The notes beneath the pieces were generated by a model. It was not told the origin of the DNA, made no database searches, and worked only from the letters and a program-made list of their open reading frames with translations. From positions 1-41,361 of IMG/VR virus record IMGVR_UViG_3300012942_000077: DNA of 41,361 nt. One strand, 5' to 3'. The stretch is from a virus. Its lineage: Duplodnaviria; Caudoviricetes. Shown here one piece after another: positions 1 through 10,009 of the stretch. A program made the translations under genes and the position numbers. Numbering within the stretch: position 1 is the stretch's first letter; each line of letters opens with the position of its first letter.

Positions 1-3000
1 CCACAACATCCCGTATAAAGCCCGTAGAAGGGTTCTGAGGGTCATGAAGCGGAGTATAGCCCTGCGCATCCTCTACCCAATTGTTGACGCTCACTGACAC
101 CATAGAGTTAACCTGATCCCATGTGTTGAATGTCATGGTTTCATTACCTGGAATGATGATCTCCACATCTCCCTTGGCATTGACCAAGTTCCTCTGGTTA
201 ACTGGAGCATTGGTATCCAGCTTGAAGTTGATGATCACACTCTCAATACCTCGAATATTGACCAGCTCTCGAGGGCGGCCACCATCAACACTGGGTTGCG
301 AGAAACGATTGCCATCAACCTTGATATTCGAGGGGTCAGCTTCATCTGCCTCGGTTGTATTACCGTCCACACCATCTAGATCAACACCCGTCCGAGTAGC
401 AATTTCAGCCGAAAGACCAGTTGAATCCCATTCGAAGAAATCCCAGATTCCATCTTGGAACGTGCTGGTGATGATCGTGCCATCAAAACTACAACCCTCA
501 ATCAGGTTGTCGTCATCAGCACGGGTCATACCAGGTAGTGGGCGGTAATTACCAATACGGCTTGCCATACCCATGTCAGGGTCTTGATCCCATCCCACAG
601 ATTCGAATTCAAGCCAATCGGAACCAGACCACATATAGTGACTGGTGTCAGCCAAAACCGTAACAATCGTTCCTGGGCGATCAGGTGTTACTATTCCATT
701 GCGAACCAAGTAGTTACGGTCCTCAATGGTTTCTACTGCTTGGTCATTGTAATAATTGGCGCTTCCGTCGGTAGTTCCAGACCTATACTGGGCTGTCAGT
801 TGGCTCAAAGATCTGTTAGAATTGCTCAATTGGCTATAGACTAAGAGTGATGGATCCCATGGGCTGGTATCCCAACCTTTGACCGTTCCACAAGAGACAC
901 GATCCAGTTTAACACCTACCTTGATACGGCGAACGCCATTCCATGTTGTGTCCCAATCGGAGAGATCCTTGATAGGGTTCTGGTAGTTCTCATACCAATC
1001 CTTCCAAGGGCGATTCAGAGATAGGATCTGTTGATCTGCCGCGTTGGTGACATCTAGAATGCGGTTGGTCTTACCATCAGGATATACTGGCTTATCAAAG
1101 TCGGTCATTGCTAGATTCGCAACGTCTGGCCCGTATGAAAGACGACGCACATATTCGCGAATCTTCACATGGTATGGCTTAACCTCATCTAGGTAGCTGA
1201 TCACATTATCAATCTGATCCTTGAACGCTACTGGGCTCTGGGTTAGCTCTTCCGCATAGCCACCCAAGTAGAGGAACGATGTCTTGAATGCCCAATCGAT
1301 CATCTTGCTCTGATGGAACGCACTCTTAACCATGCTGAAGAAGATCGTATTCTTCTGAATGGTATCGATGAATTCAGTCCTCAGTGTATTGAGGATGAAC
1401 TCAATTTCACGACTGCCATCACGATTGTTGATCAGATCAGCAACCGTTTGGATCTGATCAGGTGTGATATTCTGAGCCAGGAGTGCTGTGACTTCTTTGG
1501 GCCCAAACTCTACGCGAGAATCATCATAGAAGACATCTGAGAGTGCCATCGTGGCATTGTGCTTGGCCACCTGATACTTGGTGGTGCTAGTGTAGACATC
1601 CCAGGTCCAGCGATCATCGGTATCGGTGTGATCAATCTGAACCAAGGTTCCCTTGAGTAAGGTCACATCTAGGTTACCAGCAGCATCACGATCAGCAGTT
1701 GTGGAGAAGCGATAGTTGGGGAAATCCTTGGCTGACCAACCACTGTCATACCAATCAACTAGATTCCAAAGTTCACCTTCCATCATTCTCCACTTCTGGA
1801 GATCCTTAAGGATGAAGGAACGCACGCCGTTATTCTCGACAAGCTGCCAAAGGGTCCAGAAACCGCCAATCTCGGCTGTGTTTTCGATGAATACACATTC
1901 TCCAGGATTGACCATGTTGCGAGCCGCAGGAAGGAGCGTCTTCAGATCCACAAGATCGAGAGCAGTGGTCACATAGAGGTCACTAGATGGCTGAGCCTCA
2001 CCCGTGTTGAATAGAGTATCATAGTCATACCATTGATCAATGAATGGAGCGGATGCCAATACATTGTTGAGGATGTCAACAAACGCCGCACGAGCAGCGC
2101 GGCTAGGCCTCTGGCCACCACTAGGTGAGGCATCGGCGGGGAACCAGGATTGGCGTGGGCGAACCAGGGCTCCAATCTGTTGGGCCTTTGGAAGACGCTC
2201 ATCTGGAATACTAGCTTGAGTGGCATCCCAACCAACTAGCGAATCGCGCATCTTATTCCATAGTGGATCGTCAATCGTATTTCGCTCGTCAGCTTCGCGT
2301 AGAATGATCCACTGCTTATGATGATTATTGTGGATCTCAGCATCCAAGTTCCATTTGACCTTCAGAACGGTGTCTTGCTCATTCAGATACTGTTTGATAC
2401 CACCAACGATAACCTTGTTGGTATCAACAACCGCAAAGAATGGAATATCCTGAGCCGATGGGTTGCTGATAATGTTGCTGACCTGTTGTGCCGAAAGTTG
2501 ACGATCAGGTCGCAAAGGAGTGACTGTTGGATTGAGAACCCAGAAGTAGTAGACCACCTCATCGGCATTCAAATCATCATTCCATTCAGTTGCGTGGATG
2601 AATGGAACATTTGCCGCATCAGTAACCGTGCCAGTTGGCTTGTTATCAATCTTCAGATTAGCCTGGCTGGTGACATAATCAGACCAGCCGCTTGGTGGAA
2701 CCGGGCTTCTGACCCACTCGTAAATGTCAATGGTCGAACCCGGAGCGACACGACCCCAATTCTTCCAGCGGTAATTCACACCATGGCTCGCAAGATCATC
2801 TTCAATCTCATAATCCAGATAGCGAACTGCGCTCTGATCCCACCAAAGCTGACCGACTTGTTCCTTACCCCAGACAGTCGTTGATTCATCATAATTCGCT
2901 GGATCATTGACTAGCTTGAATTCAAGCTCACGATCAGCTGATCCAGGAATGTAACCCTTGGCTGGATCGTAGAGCTGGAGCACCATCTTGAGTTCATTAT

Positions 3001-6000
3001 TGGTAGAATCATAGATAGCAGCATTGGTCAGTAGATCACTGTTGATCTTCCTGGTCTGGATACGGATAGGATCATCAGACCAGCCATTGTTATACTGATA
3101 GACAGCCCACAATCCATTACGATCATCAACCTCAACGACATCACCATTATCCCAGATGGCCGCTGTCTTAGGAATATCATCAAAGGTTCCATAACGGGTA
3201 TGAATCCAAGTATAGAGGCCTGCTGTTCCACCATCCTTACTAGTTGAGATTCCAACCAACTGACCATCAGTCAATGTGGTCAGTTCAAAACCCTTGGTGT
3301 AATGGTAGGTGACAGTAATTGATACCTTGCCTATAGCGCCAGTATTCGAGAGCATGGCGGCCATATACTGAGCACCAATGTCATTCACATCTTGGTTGAA
3401 TGTGAATGGATAGGTTCCAGGAGTCGTTAGATCGACAAAGTTGAGGCCTGACTGGCTGCTTGGTACGACCGTAATGACTTGTTGATCAGTCTGTTGGCCA
3501 TTCATATTGACAGTCAACGTGCCAGTGGTTGACTGACCCGGTGTGACTGGAACCTGAATAACCTGCTGGTAGGTGCCATCAGTATTGTCAGGTGAGTAAT
3601 CGGATGGTCGTAGGAAGGTAGTGCTTCCTTGAGTGGTAGTTCCGTTACTGACCCATACCCAATCAACTACAGTCTCACCACATACATTGGCCATTACACC
3701 AACTCTAACTAGGGTGATATCAGCAGTTGGAGTGGTTGAACCAACATAGTGAGTGTCAGGAGTCTGAACCAAGACTGTTTCACTGGAGTAATTGGTTGGA
3801 TAGATGGTTCTAGGAGTCTCTTGGCGTTCCTGTACAAAGTAGTCATTCTGGTTCTCATGACCAATAACCAATGTAGAACCATCAGCGAACTTCTCAGTCA
3901 CATCTACGATAATCTGATCAACTACCATATGAGGATCAGCCAACATAGTGATCAGAGGAACATAGGAAGCACTAGCATTGGTAAGATCGAGAGTGAATGA
4001 ACCAGTGAACTTAGGAACGTAATTGTTCCTATCGCTGATATCGCTACCAGTCAGATTGGTTAGGATCAACTGCTCTTCAGTATTGATTTGGTTCAAGTAG
4101 AAGCCCTGTGTTCCACCAGCGTTGAGGTTATTGTTAAGAACCGCCACCACCGATTGACCATCAAACGCCGGAGCCTTAAAATCAATTACTTCATAGCCAG
4201 TGTCATTGAACTTGTAGGTCATCCAATCATCGAGCGAGTCTTCACCGATACCATAAACCCACACACGGTCACGATCCTTAAGAGGCTGATCAGTCGCGAG
4301 TTGGTCATTGTAGAGCGTTGTGAATGCTTCCTTGGTTGGAACCGTGAAGCGAACTTCATCTAATTTCACATAGCCAGCAGTTGGCATGATATCGCCCTGG
4401 CCATAATCACGCACCGGCCAGGTGATCTTATTCATGTCAGGGCGCCACTGCCAGCGGGTATCAAAGGTTTCAAGGAGACCATTGCTATCAGTGTAATCCA
4501 CAACCTGGATTGTTCCGGGGCTAACCGTAACACTCGTGCCAGTCTCGGTTTGACCAAAGCTGATCAACTGTGGGTTGTGTTTGAATTCACTTTGACGGAT
4601 CTGGATGTCAAGACTTGGGCTGACTTCCTGGCCACCATAATCACCAACTCGGAATGCCCATTCCTCGAAGAGCTGTAGGCCCTTGTTATTACGGATGAAG
4701 TTGGAACGCAGGAGACGACGCATAGAGGTTGGGCTACCCTTCTGCTGAATCATACCCTGATAGAACTCAAATTGGTTAGTTGGTGTCAAGAGCAGGTTAT
4801 CTAGGTAATCCTTCTCTTCATAGCCAAAGTTCGCACGCGCACGATCCTGTAGAGTCTTATTCTCCATGGATTCAGATGCGAAGAACCTACGGAAGTCATC
4901 AGCGGCCCTCTCAAAGTTTGGTGTGAGTGTATCACCAGTAACAATGAAGCCTGGAGCATCAATACGACCCTGCCAAGCCATGGTTTTGAAACCTTGAATA
5001 CGCAGGCGGGGCTGGTGGATATTGAGCAGTGGATTGTAGATCGTGTCACCGAAGATCGTCTGGTTATTGAATACCAAGACATGCTCATATTCACTCACGT
5101 AGAGTCGCAACCCGAAGATACCCTTGCTGTTTAGATCACAACTAACAGTGAGTTCACCATCACTGCGCACTACATGAGTCTTACGGTTATCAATAGGTTG
5201 ACCGTTCTGATCTACAATCGCGTACAGACCATTCACAATCTGCTCAATAGGCTGAATAGCTCCTTGATCAGAAGAGAACCTAACCAGGCGGCTGCTTGGG
5301 CTGAGGGCGATATAATCGCTAACTACACGGTTCTCATTTTGAGACCATAGGATGAATGAACCGCACGCATCCTTCCAATCCTGAACTGAGACATTGTCTG
5401 TTCCTAGATCACTGAACGACCATCCCCGGCTCTTGAGGTAACGCTCATAACCATTAAGAAAATCGGCTACGTCCTGGGGTGTCTTGAGGATTGTTCCATA
5501 GGATACCTGCTCGACCTGTGGATCGATTTCACTCTCTAGGGCCCAAACAAGACGTGCTCCATCAGCATATTGAGGGCGAGCAACTTGCGTCCAATAGTTG
5601 GGTTGATCTTCATCAAAATAAGCAGAGCTGGTATGGGTCTTCAACGCACGGTAGAAGTTATCCCCATACTTCACTGTGATATTCACACTATAGTAGGTGT
5701 TTGGCCTCCATCCAGGAACTGCCGCACTAGCCGCGCCACTACCAACGGATGTCTTGTTGCCATAGGGGTTGCCAGGAATGATACTGAAATATGGATTCAA
5801 GGCGTCATAGCCATAGATCTCATATCCCTTACCAGTCCAGGATATCGCCACACCACTGTAGACTTCTTCGCGGATGCTTGGTGAACGATAGAGGTTTACG
5901 CTCACATCTTCCCCTGGCACTCGACCAAACGCATCACTGACCACCACCAGCGTTGAAGAGTCTGTGAATCCAGCAGCTTTGTAGCTCAACTGGGTTCCTA

Positions 6001-9000
6001 GTCCTCTAACCTTATCAGCCAGGATCGTATTCACACTAGTGTTGCTGCTGGCAAGGTAATCACTCACCCATTGTTGGATACCGACCTTAGTGACCAGTGA
6101 GAAGTCATCTAGAACTTCACCATGAACCTGGAGTGAAGCATGGCGTGGTCGACCCATGGTATCCTGATCCATGTATTGCTCATTAGGAGTTCCAGTGAAA
6201 TACAGGGCAAGATCCTTGGTGTTCCAACCAAGCTCAATAAACGCGGCAGGCTTCATGAGATATGAAGCAGTCGCGACAGCAAAACCATAAGCAGAACTAC
6301 GACGCCAGGTCTGCTCAACTGGGCTCAAGTCTCCCCAGTTCCATTCTGCGATACGATCAGTTGGAAGAGGAACTGCGGAACAAATGCCACATCCCAATAC
6401 GATATCGCTGACCTGCCAACGTCCTAGGCTTAAATCATAAGCGAAGCACTTCGATGGATCGCTGATAGTTGTATTGGTATCATCCTCAAAACTCTGCGTT
6501 GCGGAATGTGATTGGCGGCAGATGTAAATCAGGTCATTCATAACCACCACATCATCGATGTGATAGGCCTTTGGTTCCGATTGATCATTCACCTGGGTCC
6601 AAGCTGTTTGGAAGCTCTGAGGATCATATTCAAAAGCAGTCATCGCCGCCTCGAAATCCTCTGGTGAATCATAGGCCTGCGGATCAGGTCGGAAGGTCAA
6701 TGTCGTCTGTGGAACCGCAGTGAAAGCCTGAAGGTTCCTTGGGCCAGGATGACGTAGTCGTCCCTGACCATCTACTGGAATATGCTCTGATAGGCCTGGG
6801 CGTGCCCAAGCCGTATTGATACCTTGGCGATCACCCTGATGGATGTAACCAGCCTCAAGATCGTTCCAAAGAACCAAGTTATCACTAGTATAGGGGGCCG
6901 CACCATAACGAGCCTGCCACCAATCCGGCTGAATGGTGAAACCAAGACTCTCCCATGGTGTCATATCAGGTCTTTGGGTCCCAAAGAATTTCTCATAGAT
7001 ACCACGCCAATGACCAGGAACTCCTTGTGAACCCCAGTTCCAGGTCCAAGGATCGTATGTGTTGGTCTGATCGTTAGCCCTATAATCCTGACGGTAAGCT
7101 ACCGTCCAACGCTCGAAAGATGGGCGAAGGATCTGAAGCCATTCATCATAAGAGTAATCATTGGTACGATACTGATCACCATATGCTGTTCCAAAGTCAA
7201 CGATAGGGCGTTCACGATTGCGAATGGCGGCTGGAACGCTATCAAAGATACGCTGCTCAAGAGCCAAGTAGATAGAAGCAACCGTCGAGTCTTCAATCTG
7301 AGAAATTGCTCCATCATGACCACGCACAAACCAGACATCAACCATGGTTCCATCAGTAGTTAGAACGCTATCTTGAAGGCTCTGTGGCTGATAGAGGGGA
7401 TACACACCAAGATAACTCGGTGTAGCGGGGATGAATGTTGGCAATGAGTTGGTCGCATTCCTGGCCATACCAGATAGGTAGAATGCGAAGCTCTTGGTTT
7501 TGCCCTTATTGATCTCATCCAAAGCCGTATCAATCCAGACATCATAGGATGCTGAACCAGATAGGCGACTATTGATCACATAATCCAATACCTTCTGGAG
7601 GAACTTAGCCTTGAATTTCGAATACTCAGAATCCGAATAACGGATGGCAGTTGTGATATCCAACTGGTTCGAACCAGCCAGTAGCATAGTCTTCAGTAGG
7701 CCAGCCGAGTGCTGAATGATGTGAGTACCAAGGTTGGTAGCCTTAGCTGTATCACGGTAATTGTTGTTGGCGTATTCCGCACCACTGAACCCGACCTGGC
7801 TCTTGATGATCTCCGAGAAGTGATCATAGAAGTCACCCTTAGTCAGAAGGCTAACCTGCTCATTGTCTGGGTTGGCCTGTAGGTTCAAAGGCACCTCATA
7901 ATGACCAGTAGCATCTGAGGGTGGATTTAAAGGATTGAAGGATCGGATCTCAATGATATCACCATTAGTAACATCAAAGATCATGATATTCTGACCAACT
8001 CGGATGAAATCCTCATCTTCAACCAGTTCAATACTCTGGAATGACTTGTTGGTTCCAACCCGACCAATCGTAACTGTCAGTTCATCTGCTGGCTGGCTCA
8101 TCTTGAATAGTTTGGTTGAGCCATCGCTAACATAGCGGTCAACCATGAACTGACGAGTCTTCTGAGCGGCCTTATACCAATCATTGCTCAGATTGCCATC
8201 ATCACTGTGGAAGTAGAAACCCTCAATATCAAGGAACTTACCACCCACGACATACTGATAGATCTGCGTGCTGATGAAGTTCTCAAATAGGATCTGGCCC
8301 TGGTTATCGTAAACCAATGGAATACCAAGAATAGCATCAGCAATTCTCGTCCCAGTATCATCAACCTGATAATTGAAGATCTTGCTTCCCTGGAAAGTGC
8401 TGTTTGGATAGGCACCAGTATCTTTGAGGCTCAAGCCGTTTAGGTCATAGAGTTCAAAAAGCGGAGCCTGATTCACCGAAGTCTTTTGCTGAGCTAGAAC
8501 CCAATTACTACCATCCCAATGAAGATTCTTGCCCTGGTAGGTACCCAATCGAACCCTAAACACCTCTCCGAATACACTGTTACCACTTGGATCAGCACCA
8601 TCAGTCTCAAGAATCAACTTGAGGGCGTTACCCTGATTGACTAGAACAAAGATGTTGTCATTCAGTAGATCATTGACAGTATTGCGAACCATCAGGCGAA
8701 TAGATTCAACATTACCATAAGCCAATCCAGTATCAGGATTGGTCGCATAAACTGTGATCTTATTGGTGCCCTGGGTTGTGATCGTTATACCATCCAGAGT
8801 TACACTCTGTGGTGTCAGGTTCAGAGCCGCATTGAGGTCTTCAATAGACTCGACCACGATATCAACGGGTAGACGACGAATGGTTCCGTAATTGTAGAGC
8901 TCAAGCTCACTATTGAACTCAATGATTGGACGGTTCGCACGATGCGCAAGAACGAAATCTGGATCTAGATTCCCTGATAGTGTTGAAGCATGGAACCAAC

Positions 9001-10009
9001 GATTACAAGTTGACCATTCATTCTCATTCTTCGAACCACGGGCTACTACCATGTAGTCTGGTTCGATAGTTCCACCAACCGTCTCTTTGATCAAGTAGAT
9101 GCTCTGACCCACACCCTCAACGATCCATACATCATTCTTAGTGTAGTCGGTGTTGTTATCCAATTGGATGCTGATACGCATACCACTTGAAAGCGAAACA
9201 CCACCAAAAGCCTTAGGATTAGCCGATGTTAGACCAACAGCATTATTCATTAGGTCACTGAATACGCTAATCTGAACCACAGCATCAGTAGCGGGTTTTT
9301 GCGCGAATTTAACCGTCTGACCAACGATCGTGACGCTCTTGGGTTGGCCATCAACTAGAGCAATGACATTGCTATTGGTCACATCACCAAGCTGGTAATA
9401 TTGAGCCAAATCAGGATCAGTTGAACCATAACCAGGAAGGTCATAGATGTTAGTCTGACCCGTGCTGATTACAGTGCTTGTTGGGCCATAGACAGGAATA
9501 GCTGCCTTGAATGCCTGATCATCAGGTATATCACTTAGCGGAAGCCAGACATACTGACGAAAGTTGACTATCTTATCCAGATTAATCGGTGGGCACCAAG
9601 TGTAGTAATCTTGGCTAAACAGCCTATTGTGGTTGTTTACCAGAGCCCCCTGGAATCGCAGTTGATTAATCAGATCAGGATAGGGTAGAAGGTCTGTAAG
9701 TTGACCTTCTGTATTCTTACTAACCATGCTTGCTTCAAGCTGGTAGAAGGTGCGATCGCTAGTCGACTCTTCTAGGTAGTAATCCTGGTCAGGATCATAC
9801 CAAAGCGGTTTCTGACCCACATAGCCATTAATGGGTTTACCCTTGCCTGGATCGAAAAGGTTATCCGCACTGGCACCGAAGAACTTCTGAAGCGTTTCAG
9901 TCTGATGAACAGCCGGAAGCTGTTTGATCACACGACGCTTTTCATGAACTTCCTGGTCCAGAAGTACGGGTGTAAATGCGAAGGGGTTACGGTTGGTCTT
10001 GTTGGCCAT
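1..10009 (-). CDS. Giant virion structural protein (baseplate wedge/tail-associated), >3,336 aa, 3' end outside the window
   Basis: The ATG at 10009 overlaps the TAA of the upstream gp6-like gene (TAATG) and reads MANKTNRNPFAFTPVLLDQEVHEKRRVIKQLPAVHQTETLQKFF. The same frame is still open at the left edge (..GYTPLHDPQNPSTGFIRDVV). The ORF track lists nothing in this frame, consistent with no stop inside the window. Position downstream of gp25/gp6 suggests a baseplate role. Confidence 0.85.
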   Translation of the reverse strand, partial: MANKTNRNPFAFTPVLLDQEVHEKRRVIKQLPAVHQTETLQKFFGASADNLFDPGKGKPINGYVGQKPLWYDPDQDYYLEESTSDRTFYQLEASMVSKNTEGQLTDLLPYPDLINQLRFQGALVNNHNRLFSQDYYTWCPPINLDKIVNFRQYVWLPLSDIPDDQAFKAAIPVYGPTSTVISTGQTNIYDLPGYGSTDPDLAQYYQLGDVTNSNVIALVDGQPKSVTIVGQTVKFAQKPATDAVVQISVFSDLMNNAVGLTSANPKAFGGVSLSSGMRISIQLDNNTDYTKNDVWIVEGVGQSIYLIKETVGGTIEPDYMVVARGSKNENEWSTCNRWFHASTLSGNLDPDFVLAHRANRPIIEFNSELELYNYGTIRRLPVDIVVESIEDLNAALNLTPQSVTLDGITITTQGTNKITVYATNPDTGLAYGNVESIRLMVRNTVNDLLNDNIFVLVNQGNALKLILETDGADPSGNSVFGEVFRVRLGTYQGKNLHWDGSNWVLAQQKTSVNQAPLFELYDLNGLSLKDTGAYPNSTFQGSKIFNYQVDDTGTRIADAILGIPLVYDNQGQILFENFISTQIYQYVVGGKFLDIEGFYFHSDDGNLSNDWYKAAQKTRQFMVDRYVSDGSTKLFKMSQPADELTVTIGRVGTNKSFQSIELVEDEDFIRVGQNIMIFDVTNGDIIEIRSFNPLNPPSDATGHYEVPLNLQANPDNEQVSLLTKGDFYDHFSEIIKSQVGFSGAEYANNNYRDTAKATNLGTHIIQHSAGLLKTMLLAGSNQLDITTAIRYSDSEYSKFKAKFLQKVLDYVINSRLSGSASYDVWIDTALDEINKGKTKSFAFYLSGMARNATNSLPTFIPATPSYLGVYPLYQPQSLQDSVLTTDGTMVDVWFVRGHDGAISQIEDSTVASIYLALEQRIFDSVPAAIRNRERPIVDFGTAYGDQYRTNDYSYDEWLQILRPSFERWTVAYRQDYRANDQTNTYDPWTWNWGSQGVPGHWRGIYEKFFGTQRPDMTPWESLGFTIQPDWWQARYGAAPYTSDNLVLWNDLEAGYIHQGDRQGINTAWARPGLSEHIPVDGQGRLRHPGPRNLQAFTAVPQTTLTFRPDPQAYDSPEDFEAAMTAFEYDPQSFQTAWTQVNDQSEPKAYHIDDVVVMNDLIYICRQSHSATQSFEDDTNTTISDPSKCFAYDLSLGRWQVSDIVLGCGICSAVPLPTDRIAEWNWGDLSPVEQTWRRSSAYGFAVATASYLMKPAAFIELGWNTKDLALYFTGTPNEQYMDQDTMGRPRHASLQVHGEVLDDFSLVTKVGIQQWVSDYLASSNTSVNTILADKVRGLGTQLSYKAAGFTDSSTLVVVSDAFGRVPGEDVSVNLYRSPSIREEVYSGVAISWTGKGYEIYGYDALNPYFSIIPGNPYGNKTSVGSGAASAAVPGWRPNTYYSVNITVKYGDNFYRALKTHTSSAYFDEDQPNYWTQVARPQYADGARLVWALESEIDPQVEQVSYGTILKTPQDVADFLNGYERYLKSRGWSFSDLGTDNVSVQDWKDACGSFILWSQNENRVVSDYIALSPSSRLVRFSSDQGAIQPIEQIVNGLYAIVDQNGQPIDNRKTHVVRSDGELTVSCDLNSKGIFGLRLYVSEYEHVLVFNNQTIFGDTIYNPLLNIHQPRLRIQGFKTMAWQGRIDAPGFIVTGDTLTPNFERAADDFRRFFASESMENKTLQDRARANFGYEEKDYLDNLLLTPTNQFEFYQGMIQQKGSPTSMRRLLRSNFIRNNKGLQLFEEWAFRVGDYGGQEVSPSLDIQIRQSEFKHNPQLISFGQTETGTSVTVSPGTIQVVDYTDSNGLLETFDTRWQWRPDMNKITWPVRDYGQGDIMPTAGYVKLDEVRFTVPTKEAFTTLYNDQLATDQPLKDRDRVWVYGIGEDSLDDWMTYKFNDTGYEVIDFKAPAFDGQSVVAVLNNNLNAGGTQGFYLNQINTEEQLILTNLTGSDISDRNNYVPKFTGSFTLDLTNASASYVPLITMLADPHMVVDQIIVDVTEKFADGSTLVIGHENQNDYFVQERQETPRTIYPTNYSSETVLVQTPDTHYVGSTTPTADITLVRVGVMANVCGETVVDWVWVSNGTTTQGSTTFLRPSDYSPDNTDGTYQQVIQVPVTPGQSTTGTLTVNMNGQQTDQQVITVVPSSQSGLNFVDLTTPGTYPFTFNQDVNDIGAQYMAAMLSNTGAIGKVSITVTYHYTKGFELTTLTDGQLVGISTSKDGGTAGLYTWIHTRYGTFDDIPKTAAIWDNGDVVEVDDRNGLWAVYQYNNGWSDDPIRIQTRKINSDLLTNAAIYDSTNNELKMVLQLYDPAKGYIPGSADRELEFKLVNDPANYDESTTVWGKEQVGQLWWDQSAVRYLDYEIEDDLASHGVNYRWKNWGRVAPGSTIDIYEWVRSPVPPSGWSDYVTSQANLKIDNKPTGTVTDAANVPFIHATEWNDDLNADEVVYYFWVLNPTVTPLRPDRQLSAQQVSNIISNPSAQDIPFFAVVDTNKVIVGGIKQYLNEQDTVLKVKWNLDAEIHNNHHKQWIILREADERNTIDDPLWNKMRDSLVGWDATQASIPDERLPKAQQIGALVRPRQSWFPADASPSGGQRPSRAARAAFVDILNNVLASAPFIDQWYDYDTLFNTGEAQPSSDLYVTTALDLVDLKTLLPAARNMVNPGECVFIENTAEIGGFWTLWQLVENNGVRSFILKDLQKWRMMEGELWNLVDWYDSGWSAKDFPNYRFSTTADRDAAGNLDVTLLKGTLVQIDHTDTDDRWTWDVYTSTTKYQVAKHNATMALSDVFYDDSRVEFGPKEVTALLAQNITPDQIQTVADLINNRDGSREIEFILNTLRTEFIDTIQKNTIFFSMVKSAFHQSKMIDWAFKTSFLYLGGYAEELTQSPVAFKDQIDNVISYLDEVKPYHVKIREYVRRLSYGPDVANLAMTDFDKPVYPDGKTNRILDVTNAADQQILSLNRPWKDWYENYQNPIKDLSDWDTTWNGVRRIKVGVKLDRVSCGTVKGWDTSPWDPSLLVYSQLSNSNRSLSQLTAQYRSGTTDGSANYYNDQAVETIEDRNYLVRNGIVTPDRPGTIVTVLADTSHYMWSGSDWLEFESVGWDQDPDMGMASRIGNYRPLPGMTRADDDNLIEGCSFDGTIITSTFQDGIWDFFEWDSTGLSAEIATRTGVDLDGVDGNTTEADEADPSNIKVDGNRFSQPSVDGGRPRELVNIRGIESVIINFKLDTNAPVNQRNLVNAKGDVEIIIPGNETMTFNTWDQVNSMVSVSVNNWVEDAQGYTPLHDPQNPSTGFIRDVV

